Below the pieces are notes generated by a model that was given only the letters and a program-made list of their open reading frames with translations, searched no databases and had not been told where the DNA came from. From Candidatus Kaiserbacteria bacterium RIFCSPHIGHO2_01_FULL_53_29 (GTDB taxonomy: Bacteria > Patescibacteriota > Minisyncoccia > Phycocordibacterales > UBA2100): a stretch of DNA of 64,000 bases. Below, piece by piece: positions 41,157 through 50,515 of the stretch. Location of the stretch: positions 10,712-74,711 of the forward strand of contig MFKT01000009.1 of the NCBI GenBank assembly GCA_001781125.1. Reading direction: 5' to 3'. Position numbers and translations under genes: made by a program. Every line of letters begins with the position of its first letter. Position 1 is the first letter of the stretch.

Positions 41157-42215
41157 ATGGCAGAACAGATCGAGGTCACAAAGACCACCGACACCACCCA
41201 CACGAGTGCGCATGCGCGAACACAACCGCAGCCTCGCCCCGCCGACGGCGGGCCGAGCATGCTTTCGAGCGTCCTCGCCATCGTCGGGTTCATCATTATC
41301 ATCATTATCATCATTTGGGGTCTTTTCCACATCGCAACTCTTTCACAACCGTGGCTCTCTTCCCTCTTCAACAAAACGACCAACACCTCGATCCAGGTCA
41401 GCGCCCCCACGACCGCGACATCGAGCATCCCATTCACGGTGAGCTGGAAATATTATACGACGGAAAAAGGCGCCTACGCATTTTTGTATCAATGTAAAAG
41501 CGGATTCCATTTTGAAGTGGCATCTGCCGGTGGTACGGCAAAAAGCCTGCCCTGCGGCGCGGCGATAACGGTACCGACAGACAATGCGATGTCGATCACC
41601 CCCGTCCTCTCCGGCTCGGGGCCGCTCGCTGTACCCCTTTCGATCATCTTCATGCCGAGCCCCGCCGTAGGCGGGGCGAGCGCAACAAGTTCGAAGCAGG
41701 CACAAGGCACTGCTACGGTCGTCATCAACGCAGGAACATTTGTAGAACTTGCGCAGCCTGTCACGACGAAACCCGCTACAGTGGAGACCTCTTCAAAACC
41801 TGTAACCCCCGTAAAACCGCACGTGAGCGGTCCGGCCGACCTTTCAGTGCGCATCGTTGCAGTAAATGTTGATGCATCCGGCAACGGTATCGCCACTTTC
41901 GATATAGCGAACGTCGGCGGCAGCTCGAGTGGCATCTACTACTTCAACGCACAACTTCCAATGCAGACCGGATATACCTACAACTCACCGCCGCAATCAC
42001 CGCTTGGCCCCGGCGACCACATCGTCAACACCTTGCGCTTCTCGCAGGCAGTGAATGGCGTCTTCAGTATCGCGCTCAACGTATCCGATGCGAATCAAAA
42101 CAATAACTACGCATCACAATCCATCTCGATGCCCTCCTCCTACGCTCCAGGCTACGGCGGGACGCAGTACAACAACTACAACTACGCGCCGCAACCGTAC
42201 CAGTACGCATACTAA
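41157..42215 (+). CDS. single-pass membrane-anchored surface protein with poly-Ile transmembrane helix and Tyr/Asn-rich C-terminus (ORF opens at 41112)
   Basis: Transmembrane helix VLAIVGFIIIIIIIIWGLF is encoded by an (ATCATT)n repeat. Large extracellular Thr/Ser-rich domain. Confidence 0.5.
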   Translation: MAEQIEVTKTTDTTHTSAHARTQPQPRPADGGPSMLSSVLAIVGFIIIIIIIIWGLFHIATLSQPWLSSLFNKTTNTSIQVSAPTTATSSIPFTVSWKYYTTEKGAYAFLYQCKSGFHFEVASAGGTAKSLPCGAAITVPTDNAMSITPVLSGSGPLAVPLSIIFMPSPAVGGASATSSKQAQGTATVVINAGTFVELAQPVTTKPATVETSSKPVTPVKPHVSGPADLSVRIVAVNVDASGNGIATFDIANVGGSSSGIYYFNAQLPMQTGYTYNSPPQSPLGPGDHIVNTLRFSQAVNGVFSIALNVSDANQNNNYASQSISMPSSYAPGYGGTQYNNYNYAPQPYQYAY

Positions 42216-42231
42216 AAAGAAATCCGCATAG

Positions 42232-42262
42232 CATAAAGGGCGCTCCGCGGAGCGCCCTTTTT
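42232..42262. terminator. bidirectional terminator hairpin GGGCGCTCC / GGAGCGCCC plus T5
   Basis: aaagggcgctccgcggagcgccctttttc. Confidence 0.55.
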
Positions 42263-42275
42263 CAGCTATACTAAA

Positions 42276-42302
42276 TCTACGCTATAGCGTAGAGATAGCA
42301 TG
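42276..42302. repeat. 27-bp direct repeat copy A with palindrome CTACGCTATAGCGTAG, downstream flank of the PaaX-like gene
   Basis: tctacgctatagcgtagagatagcatg. 24/27 identical to 42889..42915. Confidence 0.6.
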
Positions 42303-42309
42303 TCAGGAA

Positions 42310-42882
42310 CTAACGTTTTCGCAGGCCAAATTCCTTTCGCAAGTGAGAATCCCCTTCAAGTTCGTCTACAATCATATATAGAACATCCCTTCCGATCTTG
42401 AAATCGGCTTTCAGAAGGACAATCAGGTCCTCGCAATCATACGGATATACCCACACGCTGTCCTGCAGACGCACGAAGCCGATTCCCATGACTGTGCGGC
42501 GGATCTTATCGCGCAATGATTTGCGATACTCCGGAACATCAAAGATAAGCACACGCCATCGTCCGTCCCACCGCTTCGGCTTTGTAATTGAATAGCGGGA
42601 CTCTAACAATGCGGTCGCGCCGACACCTTTCGGTGTGAGTCGAAGAAAACCCTTGTTCCACGTAAGTAGTCCTTGATCGGTCAGCCTTTTACGAGTACGT
42701 CCTATGACACTCGGATCGCTTGATCCTTTTGGGAGGAGCCCCATTTTATAGAGCGCCATCGGCAAGTTGGGCGCCATTACGACAACGCCAGCGAGTGCCG
42801 AGAGTTTGATGACTGTAAGAATCGCACGTTTGAGATCGCGCCTTCGCTTCCGTTTTCTTCCCGACTCTTCGATCGTCCCCAT
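42310..42882 (-). CDS. PaaX-like transcriptional regulator
   Basis: KRWDGRWRVLIFDVPEYRKSLRDKIRRTVMGIGFVRLQDSVWVYP matches the PaaX C-terminal signature (WDG.W, GFG). Confidence 0.55.
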   Translation of the reverse strand: MGTIEESGRKRKRRRDLKRAILTVIKLSALAGVVVMAPNLPMALYKMGLLPKGSSDPSVIGRTRKRLTDQGLLTWNKGFLRLTPKGVGATALLESRYSITKPKRWDGRWRVLIFDVPEYRKSLRDKIRRTVMGIGFVRLQDSVWVYPYDCEDLIVLLKADFKIGRDVLYMIVDELEGDSHLRKEFGLRKR

Positions 42883-42888
42883 GCTATT

Positions 42889-42915
42889 TCTACGCTATAG
42901 CGTGATTATAGCATG
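42889..42915. promoter_or_regulatory. 27-bp repeat copy B: palindrome CTACGCTATAGCGTG plus TATAAT on the minus strand, upstream of the PaaX-like gene
   Basis: Minus strand reads catgcTATAATcacgctatagcgtagaaatagcATG. Confidence 0.5.
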
Positions 42916-43038
42916 CCACCGAGAGGAACTTCGTATGTTCAAAACTGCGCAATAATCACGGCACCGCTCAAACATGGAGAATAATCACGATCTTTGTCCC
43001 TCCAATGGGACCGCACTGGGGTCACCTCGTGAGGGTCT

Positions 43039-45180
43039 TTAAATATCAAGTGTCGCTTCTTTGGCGTGCGATTGGATGAACGACTTGCGTGCCGGCACAT
43101 CGGTACCCATGAGCATGTCGAACACCTGGTCGGCATCTTGGGCATCCTCGATGGTTACTTGCTTCAAAATCCTGCGGGCAGGGTCCATCGTCGTCTCCCA
43201 CAATTCGTCGGAATTCATCTCGCCCAAACCCTTGTATCTTTGGACGGAAATGCGAGAGCCTGTAGCTTGTAGCCTGTGGCCTGTAGCTTCTTCGCTGTCT
43301 TCTTCTGGCTCCAAGCTACCGGCTACCGGCTCCGGGCTATTCTTGCCGACGAGTTTAACGCGCTCTTCGTCGGTATACGCATAGAATATTTCCTTTCCTT
43401 TCTTCACCTTAAAGAGCGGCGGCTGGGCGATGTAGAGGAAGCCCCCGTCGATGACGGGCCGGAAGTGCCGATACATGAGCGTAAGCAGGAGCGTGCGGAT
43501 GTGCGCGCCGTCGACATCCGCGTCGGTCGCGATAATTATCTTGTGATAGCGCAGTTTCGTAATGTCGAAGATATCCCCGATCGCGGTCCCGAGGGCGATC
43601 ACGAGATTCTTGATCTGCTCGCTCCCGAGCATTTTGTCGAGCCGCGCGCGCTCGATATTGAGGATCTTTCCGCGCAGCGGCAGAATAGCCTGAATGCGCC
43701 TGTCGCGTCCCATCTTGGCAGTGCCACCGGCCGAATCTCCCTCCACAATGAAGAGTTCTGATTCCTCGGCGCTTTTGCTCTGGCAGTCGGCAAGCTTGCC
43801 CGGGAGCGTCATGCCGTCCAAGGCACCTTTCCTCATGATGCTATCCTTGGCGGCTTTTGCGGCTTTGCGCGCTTTCATCGCAAGCGCCACTTTGCCCACG
43901 ATCGCACGAGCGTCATCCGGATGCTCTTCGAGAAATGCATTGAAAGCCTCGCCAAAAACGCTCTCCGTGGCGCCACGCGCTTCGACAGAGCCGAGCTTGG
44001 ATTTCGTCTGACCTTCGAATTGCACTTCGCGCATTTTGACGGAAATGACCGCGGTCATGCCCTCCAAGACGTCGTCGCCGGTGAATGTGTCGCTTTCTTT
44101 GCTGCCGTTGCCATTCTTCATTTGCGCGTTCAAGGTACGCGTGAGCGCGGTCTTGAAACCGGTCACGTGCATGCCGCCTTCAACATTGTAGACGTTGTTG
44201 GCGAATGCGGAGAGACGCGTGGTAATATCCTCGACGTATTGCAGGGAAATTTCCACTTGCACGCCGTCCTGCTCTTTCTCGACGTAGAAGATATTTTTGT
44301 GTATCGGCGATTGGAAGCGGTTCTGGAACGCCACGAGCGAGCGGAGCCCGCCTTCAAAATAAAAGCTGGTCGACGGCGCATCGATACCAAGCTCACGCAG
44401 ATAATAGACATCACTTGCCTTGAGCAATGTCGAAGGGTCAACTTGCCTTAAATCTAATATTGAAATACGCAGCCCTTTTACGAGATAGGCTTGCTGACGC
44501 ATGTGCGACACGATCGTTTCCCAATTGAATCCCCGTTCGGGGAAGATCGAACCGTCGGGCTCAAAGGTGATGATGGTGCCGTGCAGTTTTGAAGAATCGA
44601 GTTTTTTTGTCTTGCCCACCGGCTTCCCGCCGCCTTTGTATTCCTGCACATACTTCCCGCCATCGCGATGCACTTCCGCACGCACATTGCTCGAGAGCGC
44701 ATTGACGACCGAGACGCCCACACCATGCAGACCTCCCGAGACTTTGTATCCTTGCCCGCCGAATTTGCCTCCGGCGTGAAGCATCGTCATGACCGTCTCG
44801 AGCGTGGAAAGTTTTGTCTTGGGATGGATCTCGACGGGAATGCCGCGACCGTTGTCGGCGACGCGTACACGATTGGCTGGCAGGAGTGCCACCTCGATGT
44901 CATTGGCGAATCCGCCCATTGCCTCGTCGCGCGAGTTGTCGAACACTTCCCATACAAGGTGATGGAGCCCCGCCGTATCGGTGGTGCCGATGTACATCCC
45001 TGGCCTACGCCGCACCGCCTCCAAACCCTCGAGGACAGTAATATCAGCCGCGCCATACGAACTTCCCTGCCTGCCGGAAGGCAGGCGCCCTGCAGATGAC
45101 GAAACCGCCTTCTTTAAGGCGGGTTCTTTACCTTTTTTTGCTTTCTTTTCAGCCATGTTTAAGTCGCTCAAGTATACCAA
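43039..45180 (-). CDS. gyrB: DNA gyrase subunit B
   Basis: GHKL ATPase motifs, TOPRIM (EGDSAGG), and C-terminal tail all conserved. Confidence 0.95.
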   Translation of the reverse strand: MVYLSDLNMAEKKAKKGKEPALKKAVSSSAGRLPSGRQGSSYGAADITVLEGLEAVRRRPGMYIGTTDTAGLHHLVWEVFDNSRDEAMGGFANDIEVALLPANRVRVADNGRGIPVEIHPKTKLSTLETVMTMLHAGGKFGGQGYKVSGGLHGVGVSVVNALSSNVRAEVHRDGGKYVQEYKGGGKPVGKTKKLDSSKLHGTIITFEPDGSIFPERGFNWETIVSHMRQQAYLVKGLRISILDLRQVDPSTLLKASDVYYLRELGIDAPSTSFYFEGGLRSLVAFQNRFQSPIHKNIFYVEKEQDGVQVEISLQYVEDITTRLSAFANNVYNVEGGMHVTGFKTALTRTLNAQMKNGNGSKESDTFTGDDVLEGMTAVISVKMREVQFEGQTKSKLGSVEARGATESVFGEAFNAFLEEHPDDARAIVGKVALAMKARKAAKAAKDSIMRKGALDGMTLPGKLADCQSKSAEESELFIVEGDSAGGTAKMGRDRRIQAILPLRGKILNIERARLDKMLGSEQIKNLVIALGTAIGDIFDITKLRYHKIIIATDADVDGAHIRTLLLTLMYRHFRPVIDGGFLYIAQPPLFKVKKGKEIFYAYTDEERVKLVGKNSPEPVAGSLEPEEDSEEATGHRLQATGSRISVQRYKGLGEMNSDELWETTMDPARRILKQVTIEDAQDADQVFDMLMGTDVPARKSFIQSHAKEATLDI

Positions 45181-45245
45181 AAACCACCCCCTTTGGCTAG
45201 CCGAAATCCACTGGTATAGTGCACGATAACGTATCGGTAAAAGTT

Positions 45246-46421
45246 ATGGCTGAATTCATCATTGATCGGGGCGAGGAAAAGAAAATCCGTGAGGATCTCG
45301 AATCAAGGCAAGACGCGGAGGCGGTCCGCATCAAGCGCTATCTCGCGATGCCTGACCTCTCGCGGACCGAGGGAAGTCCCATCAAAGAGTTGGTGGAGAG
45401 AATAACTTCCATCATCGATTTCAAGAATTTTAACGTCGTAAATCCCCCCGAGATCGTGCCTATTTCGATTGCATTCGATCTATTCGATTTTACAGAAGAT
45501 CATCCCGCACGAAGCAAGTCGGACACGTACTACACCGATGAAACTCACATACTGCGACCGCATACGACGGTTATGTGGTACTACTACCTTCAGCTTGATG
45601 AGGTAAAGCAAAGACTGGCGAAAGGAGAGGATATCGGGGTCTTTTCTTTCGGCAAGGTCTATCGCAAGGACGAGATAGACAAAACGCACATGAACGTCTT
45701 TCATCAGATAGATGCTTTGTATCTTTGCCCAAAAGAGAACAAGACCCTCCAACTCCAAGACCTTCAAGATATCGAAGCAAAAGTGGTGAAATCGGTTTTC
45801 GGAGAGAATATCGAATATCGCTTCCACGAAGAAACGTTTCCCTATACGCATCCGAGTACCGAGATAGAGATGAAAAAACCCGCCCGACCGAATGACGGTC
45901 ATTCGGGCGGGGGCAATGATTGGGTCGAGATCCTCGGCAGCGGCGTCGTGAAAGAATCGGTCCTCCAGAAACTCGGTGTTGATGCAGATCTCTACAACGG
46001 CTGGGCTTTTGGTTTCGGCCTTGAACGCTTCGCCATCATGAACATGGAACTCCCGGACATTCGACTCCTGTGGTCCACCGATCCGCGTGTCGTGGGTCAA
46101 CTGCGCTTGGGGCAAAAGTTCCAAGAGGTCAGCAAGTATCCTCCCGTAGTGCGCGATATATCGTTCGTGGTCTCGAACGACTTTATTCCCAATAACTACT
46201 TCGATCTCATCCGCGAAACGATCGGCGACGAGCTTATCGAGGAAGTGAAGCAGAGGGACAAGTACGAGGACGCGAAAAAATTCGGCGCGCAGAGATCGAG
46301 CTACACGTATCGCATTGTGTATCGCTCGCTCCAAAAGACGCTCACGAACGCCGAGGTGGATGCACTTCACAAGAAACTCGAAAAACAAACTGCCAAACAA
46401 TACGACGCAACGATCAGGTGA
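45246..46421 (+). CDS. pheS: phenylalanine--tRNA ligase, monomeric mitochondrial-type (PheS catalytic core plus C-terminal FDX-ACB anticodon-binding domain); alternative start 45219
   Basis: Class II motifs (FHQIDALYLC, GWAFGFGLERFAIM). C-terminal ...DISFVVSNDF...YFDLIRETIGDELIEEVK...YTYRIVYRSLQKTLTNAEVDALHKKLE closely resembles the FARS2 C-terminal domain. No pheT adjacent. Confidence 0.85.
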   Translation: MAEFIIDRGEEKKIREDLESRQDAEAVRIKRYLAMPDLSRTEGSPIKELVERITSIIDFKNFNVVNPPEIVPISIAFDLFDFTEDHPARSKSDTYYTDETHILRPHTTVMWYYYLQLDEVKQRLAKGEDIGVFSFGKVYRKDEIDKTHMNVFHQIDALYLCPKENKTLQLQDLQDIEAKVVKSVFGENIEYRFHEETFPYTHPSTEIEMKKPARPNDGHSGGGNDWVEILGSGVVKESVLQKLGVDADLYNGWAFGFGLERFAIMNMELPDIRLLWSTDPRVVGQLRLGQKFQEVSKYPPVVRDISFVVSNDFIPNNYFDLIRETIGDELIEEVKQRDKYEDAKKFGAQRSSYTYRIVYRSLQKTLTNAEVDALHKKLEKQTAKQYDATIR

Positions 46422-46512
46422 CATTGCAGAGATCTCTTCAGAGACCTCATCCGCCAGAGATGCAGAACGAGCTCTCGCTTCTCTCACCTCGTTAGGCTAT
46501 AATCCCCCGACT

Positions 46513-47745
46513 ATGATAGGCACGGCTATCACCTATACCTTCCTCTTCACCTCACTCTTTTTCGAGGTGTTTCTGCTCGTGTCGTTCCTTGAAAATCGAA
46601 AGAAACATCGAACTGGAGCTCTCGTAAATCTCAACGACGGTGATCTTCCCACCGTCGCGATCGTTGTCCCTTGTTTCAACGAGGAAAAGAACGTCGTGGC
46701 AACGCTTCGATCACTCTGCCAGCTCACGTACCCGAAGGAAAAATTAGAGATTATTATGGTGGACGACGGCTCGACCGATCGGACTTTTGAGATCGCACGG
46801 CAATTCGCACACGACGCCCGCATACGGATATTCCAGAAACAGAATGGCGGTAAGCACACGGCAATGAATCTCGCGTTGGAACGAACGAACGCGGAGCTGA
46901 TCGGATGCCTCGATGCGGATTCGATCGTCGAGCAGGGTGCCCTCATGCGTATTGCGCCCGTATTTTCGAATTCCAGGATCGCAGCCGTGACGCCGGGGAT
47001 CCATGTGCGTGAGCCGCACACGATACTGCAACACATCCAAAAGGTGGAATATCGTCTCAGTATCTTCAACCGTTTCATATTCGCGGCACTCGGCTCCGTC
47101 TTCATCGCCCCGGGACCATTTTCCATTTTCCGCAGCACGGTCGTCCGCGAGTTAGGCGGCTGGCGCGAAGGACATTCGACCGAGGACATGGAAATGGCGC
47201 TGCGCATGCAGGCAGGAGGATTCTTGATAGCAAACGCGCCCGGTGCGATCGTCCATACCTCGACCCCTCCGACACTGCGCGGACTTTTCCGCCAGCGCGT
47301 GCGATGGACCTACGGGTGGCTGCGCAACGCAGTGGATTATCGCTTCATGATCGGCAATCACACCTATGGCAACTTGAGTCTTATCATTCTCCCCTTTGCG
47401 CTCATCTCAATTGCAGCAGGCATATTTTTCTTCGGGCGTATTGTGTGGTATGGCGCACAGACACTCATGCAAGAGATCGTACGCATAGAGACGGTCGGCA
47501 GCATTTCGCGTCATCCATCGTTCGATCCCTTCTATCTCAATACGAGCGCTTTCTTGTTCCTTGTAGTGGTGAGTGTCGCCCTGATCTTTGTCCTCATTTG
47601 CGTAGGATCATTTATCGGTACAGGAAAACGTATGCCGCCCGTTTCGACTCCGCTTTTCCTTCTTTTCTACAGTTTTATCGCACCCCTGTGGTTGTGTACT
47701 GCCCTCGTCCGGGCCGTATTCAAGACGGGCGTGCGCTGGCGCTAA
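46513..47745 (+). CDS. family 2 processive beta-glycosyltransferase (NodC/cellulose-synthase-like, QRVRW motif)
   Basis: N-terminal transmembrane helix. DxD (MVDDGS, LDADS). QRVRWTYGW. C-terminal transmembrane helices. Confidence 0.8.
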   Translation: MIGTAITYTFLFTSLFFEVFLLVSFLENRKKHRTGALVNLNDGDLPTVAIVVPCFNEEKNVVATLRSLCQLTYPKEKLEIIMVDDGSTDRTFEIARQFAHDARIRIFQKQNGGKHTAMNLALERTNAELIGCLDADSIVEQGALMRIAPVFSNSRIAAVTPGIHVREPHTILQHIQKVEYRLSIFNRFIFAALGSVFIAPGPFSIFRSTVVRELGGWREGHSTEDMEMALRMQAGGFLIANAPGAIVHTSTPPTLRGLFRQRVRWTYGWLRNAVDYRFMIGNHTYGNLSLIILPFALISIAAGIFFFGRIVWYGAQTLMQEIVRIETVGSISRHPSFDPFYLNTSAFLFLVVVSVALIFVLICVGSFIGTGKRMPPVSTPLFLLFYSFIAPLWLCTALVRAVFKTGVRWR

Positions 47746-47749
47746 AACA

Positions 47750-48460
47750 ATGGATCCTATTGTCAACACACACAGCGCACGCTGGGGAAATTACGGGATT
47801 GCATTCCTGATTACCGCACTCATCTTCGCGACCGCGCTCTACGCATCGAATTATTTCAACGATCAGCGCATCGCGGACATCCGGGTTGTACAAGACACCA
47901 TCTCGACCGATATTCTCTCGCTCGAAACACAATTCGATCTTTTGCAAGAGCACTCGTGCGCGGATATCGCAGAGAACACGACGCTTCCCTCGGAGCTCAC
48001 GTCGCTCGGAAACCAGCTTTCATATATGGAATCGCAAGGCTCGGGCGATCAGGACGAGGTCGTACGCCTGAAGCGTCTCTATTCTCTGCTCGAGATCAAA
48101 GACTATCTTCTGATGAAGCAGATCGCTGCAAAATGCGGCTTGAAGCCCGTCTTCATTCTCTACTTCTATTCCAACAAAGGCGACTGCGCCGATTGCGAGA
48201 AACAGGGGTATGTCCTCACGTCTCTCGCGCAAACATATCCGCAGCTGCGCATTTACTCATTTGATTACAACCTTGACGTCTCTGCGCTCAAGACCTTGAT
48301 CTCGATCGACGACGTGGAAAATAATATGCCCGCACTGGTCATCAACGGCAAAGCGCAGTATGGTTTCCAGTCGATCGACAACATCCAAAAGATCCTCCCC
48401 CAATTAGCGACGCTTCAGAAAAGCGCGACGAGCTCTGGTGCGACATCGACGAAGAAATAG
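47750..48460 (+). CDS. membrane-anchored protein with CxxC (CADC) in a thioredoxin-like context
   Basis: N-terminal transmembrane helix. FILYFYSNKGDCADCEKQG. 4 nt after the glycosyltransferase. Confidence 0.4.
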   Translation: MDPIVNTHSARWGNYGIAFLITALIFATALYASNYFNDQRIADIRVVQDTISTDILSLETQFDLLQEHSCADIAENTTLPSELTSLGNQLSYMESQGSGDQDEVVRLKRLYSLLEIKDYLLMKQIAAKCGLKPVFILYFYSNKGDCADCEKQGYVLTSLAQTYPQLRIYSFDYNLDVSALKTLISIDDVENNMPALVINGKAQYGFQSIDNIQKILPQLATLQKSATSSGATSTKK

Positions 48461-48472
48461 AATCTCGATTTG

Positions 48473-48545
48473 AGCCGGGGGTGGGATTCGAACCCACGGC
48501 CCCCTGTTTACAAAACAGGAGCTCTAACCACTGAGCTACCCCGGC
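48473..48545 (-). tRNA. tRNA-Thr (anticodon TGT)
   Basis: Minus strand reads gccggggtagctcagtggttagagctcctgttttgtaaacagggggccgtgggttcgaatcccacccccggct. Cloverleaf with 7-bp acceptor stem, T-arm GTGGG-TTCGAAT-CCCAC, anticodon loop tTTGTAa. Confidence 0.85.
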
Positions 48546-48666
48546 AACATTGCGCATTGTGCCTTCTTTCTCCTTCTCCTTCAAGAGCGAGGCGGGAGAG
48601 GCTTCAGAGAACATCGCGCAGCAAACGATATCTCACCTGATCGATATAGTAGTGGTGAGGGGCAAA

Positions 48667-49092
48667 CTACCTGGCACTTTCATCAAGTTCGGTTGAAGTC
48701 TCTTCCGTCTCGCTCTCCATCCCTCCACTCTTGTGCTCCGCAACTTTCTTCAGGAATTCCGAACGTGTTTCTCGCCGCTCGAAGCGATGTTTGTGCGATA
48801 CGAGATCGGCGAGACGATGTGCCTGGCCTTCTGCGAAGCGAGCGAGTGCAGCAAATCCGAGAGCAGCTTCGTGAATAGCGAGTCGCGAGAGGCGCACTGC
48901 GATGGGGGGCAGCTTCGCGAGATCGACACGCGCCGCGGCCATCAGCTCTTTCAACTGAACCGCACGCCTATCAAGCTCACTTCGCATTGACGGCGCAAGA
49001 ATGCGTTCGCGGCGCATTTCCCAATACTTGAGGCCGAAAAGAAGACCGATACCAACAAGGGAAATAAAAAAGATGGCAGTCACAAAGACCAT
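48667..49092 (-). CDS. hypothetical membrane-anchored protein (141 aa)
   Basis: N-terminal transmembrane helix followed by a charged helical region. Confidence 0.4.
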   Translation of the reverse strand: MVFVTAIFFISLVGIGLLFGLKYWEMRRERILAPSMRSELDRRAVQLKELMAAARVDLAKLPPIAVRLSRLAIHEAALGFAALARFAEGQAHRLADLVSHKHRFERRETRSEFLKKVAEHKSGGMESETEETSTELDESAR

Positions 49093-49095
49093 ATA

Positions 49096-49677
49096 CTATT
49101 TCACCGAGAGACGCTCAAAGCGCACGAGTGCGATCTTCTCCCCGAATTTTTGTGTTGCAGTGTTGATGAGCTCCTGGATCGTGACGCCCGGATCCTTTAC
49201 ATACGCCTGCTCGAGCAATACACGCTCGGCGAGATAGCTGTTAACCTTCCCTTCGATAGCTTTTGCGCGGGCTGCTTCGGGCACTTTCGCGGCCTCTTCG
49301 GCAAATACCTCGCGCGCAGCTTTGAGATCATCCTCCTTCACGTCATCGCGCGACGTGAAGAGCGGATTCATGGCGGCTACGTGCATCGCGATATCGTAGG
49401 CCAATTTTGCGAATTCTTCATTTTTTGAGACAAAATCTGTCTCACAGGCAAGCACGACAGCGCCCACAACGCCGCCGCCTGCGTGCGTGTACGCCGCCGC
49501 CACACCGGCGCCGAGCGAGCGGTCCGACTTCTTTGACGCGATGGTGGAGCTCTGCTTGCGCAAGATGATCTTGGCTTTCTCGATGTCGCCACCCGCTTCC
49601 TCAAGCGCCTTCTTGCACTGCATTATAGAGACGCCGGTATCATCTCGCAGCTGTTTGAGTGTATCGCTTACTCCCAT
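49096..49677 (-). CDS. tsf: elongation factor Ts (short form)
   Basis: N-terminal UBA-like LRDDTGVSIMQCKKALEEAGGDIEKA. Confidence 0.85.
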   Translation of the reverse strand: MGVSDTLKQLRDDTGVSIMQCKKALEEAGGDIEKAKIILRKQSSTIASKKSDRSLGAGVAAAYTHAGGGVVGAVVLACETDFVSKNEEFAKLAYDIAMHVAAMNPLFTSRDDVKEDDLKAAREVFAEEAAKVPEAARAKAIEGKVNSYLAERVLLEQAYVKDPGVTIQELINTATQKFGEKIALVRFERLSVK

Positions 49678-49759
49678 ACGTATCGTTGCCTATATCTTAC
49701 CAAATTCCAAGCACGAAGCACGAAATTCGAAACGAACTCGAAATCGCACACCTACTATT

Positions 49760-50494
49760 CTATGCCTGACCTGTTTCGGATTTCGGATTTCGGATCTCGG
49801 ATTTTTCCTGCGGTGCGCGTTTCCCTTCTGCGTACGCATTCGCAATGGTGTTGCAAACAAGCCCGATCGAGCGCACCGACGTATCGTTGCCCGGAATTGG
49901 ATACTGCACGAGAGAAAAATCGCAATCAGAGCTCGAGAGTCCGATGACCGGTATGCCAAGCTGGTTTGCTTCCGCGACCGCTGTATGTTCATGGCGCGTA
50001 TCAACGATAAAGAGTGCTTGGGGAAGGTCCGTCATCCTCGCCAAACCCCCGAACCGGAGGCTAAGCTCGTCGATCTCGCGATCGATCATCAAACGTTCGC
50101 GCTTGGTGTACTTCTCGAGTTCCCCGTTCTCTCGTTCGCTCATCAATTTCTCCATGCGGTCAATGCGCTTGCGAATATTCTTAAAATTCGTAAGCGTACC
50201 CCCGATCCAACGGCCTGCCACATACGGAGCGCCGACCCCTGTAGCGGCGTCTTTCACGATGCCCGTGGCCTCGTGTTTGCCGCCTACAAAGAGAACGTGT
50301 TTGCCGCTCGCGGAGAGCGACGTGACAAAAGCATTCGCCGCGTCGAGCCGCTTTGTCGTTTCCTCAAGGTTGAAGATGTCGGTGCGATCTTTGGTGCCAA
50401 AGAGATACGTCGCTGCGGTCGGGTGCCGGCGCGCACGGACATACCCGAAATGCGCACCTGCCTCAAAGAGGGTCTGAATATCGGTTGTTGCCAT
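49760..50494 (-). CDS. rpsB: 30S ribosomal protein S2
   Basis: LFEAGAHFGY... S2 signature. Lies upstream of tsf. Confidence 0.9.
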   Translation of the reverse strand: MATTDIQTLFEAGAHFGYVRARRHPTAATYLFGTKDRTDIFNLEETTKRLDAANAFVTSLSASGKHVLFVGGKHEATGIVKDAATGVGAPYVAGRWIGGTLTNFKNIRKRIDRMEKLMSERENGELEKYTKRERLMIDREIDELSLRFGGLARMTDLPQALFIVDTRHEHTAVAEANQLGIPVIGLSSSDCDFSLVQYPIPGNDTSVRSIGLVCNTIANAYAEGKRAPQEKSEIRNPKSETGQA

Positions 50495-50515
50495 GTGGGG
50501 AGGATAGTAGCAAAA

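Noticed and set aside
42901-42972. 23-codon ORF starting at the ATG inside the PaaX-upstream repeat
   Set aside because: The ATG is part of the repeated TATAGCATG motif. The ORF is too short and lacks an SD.
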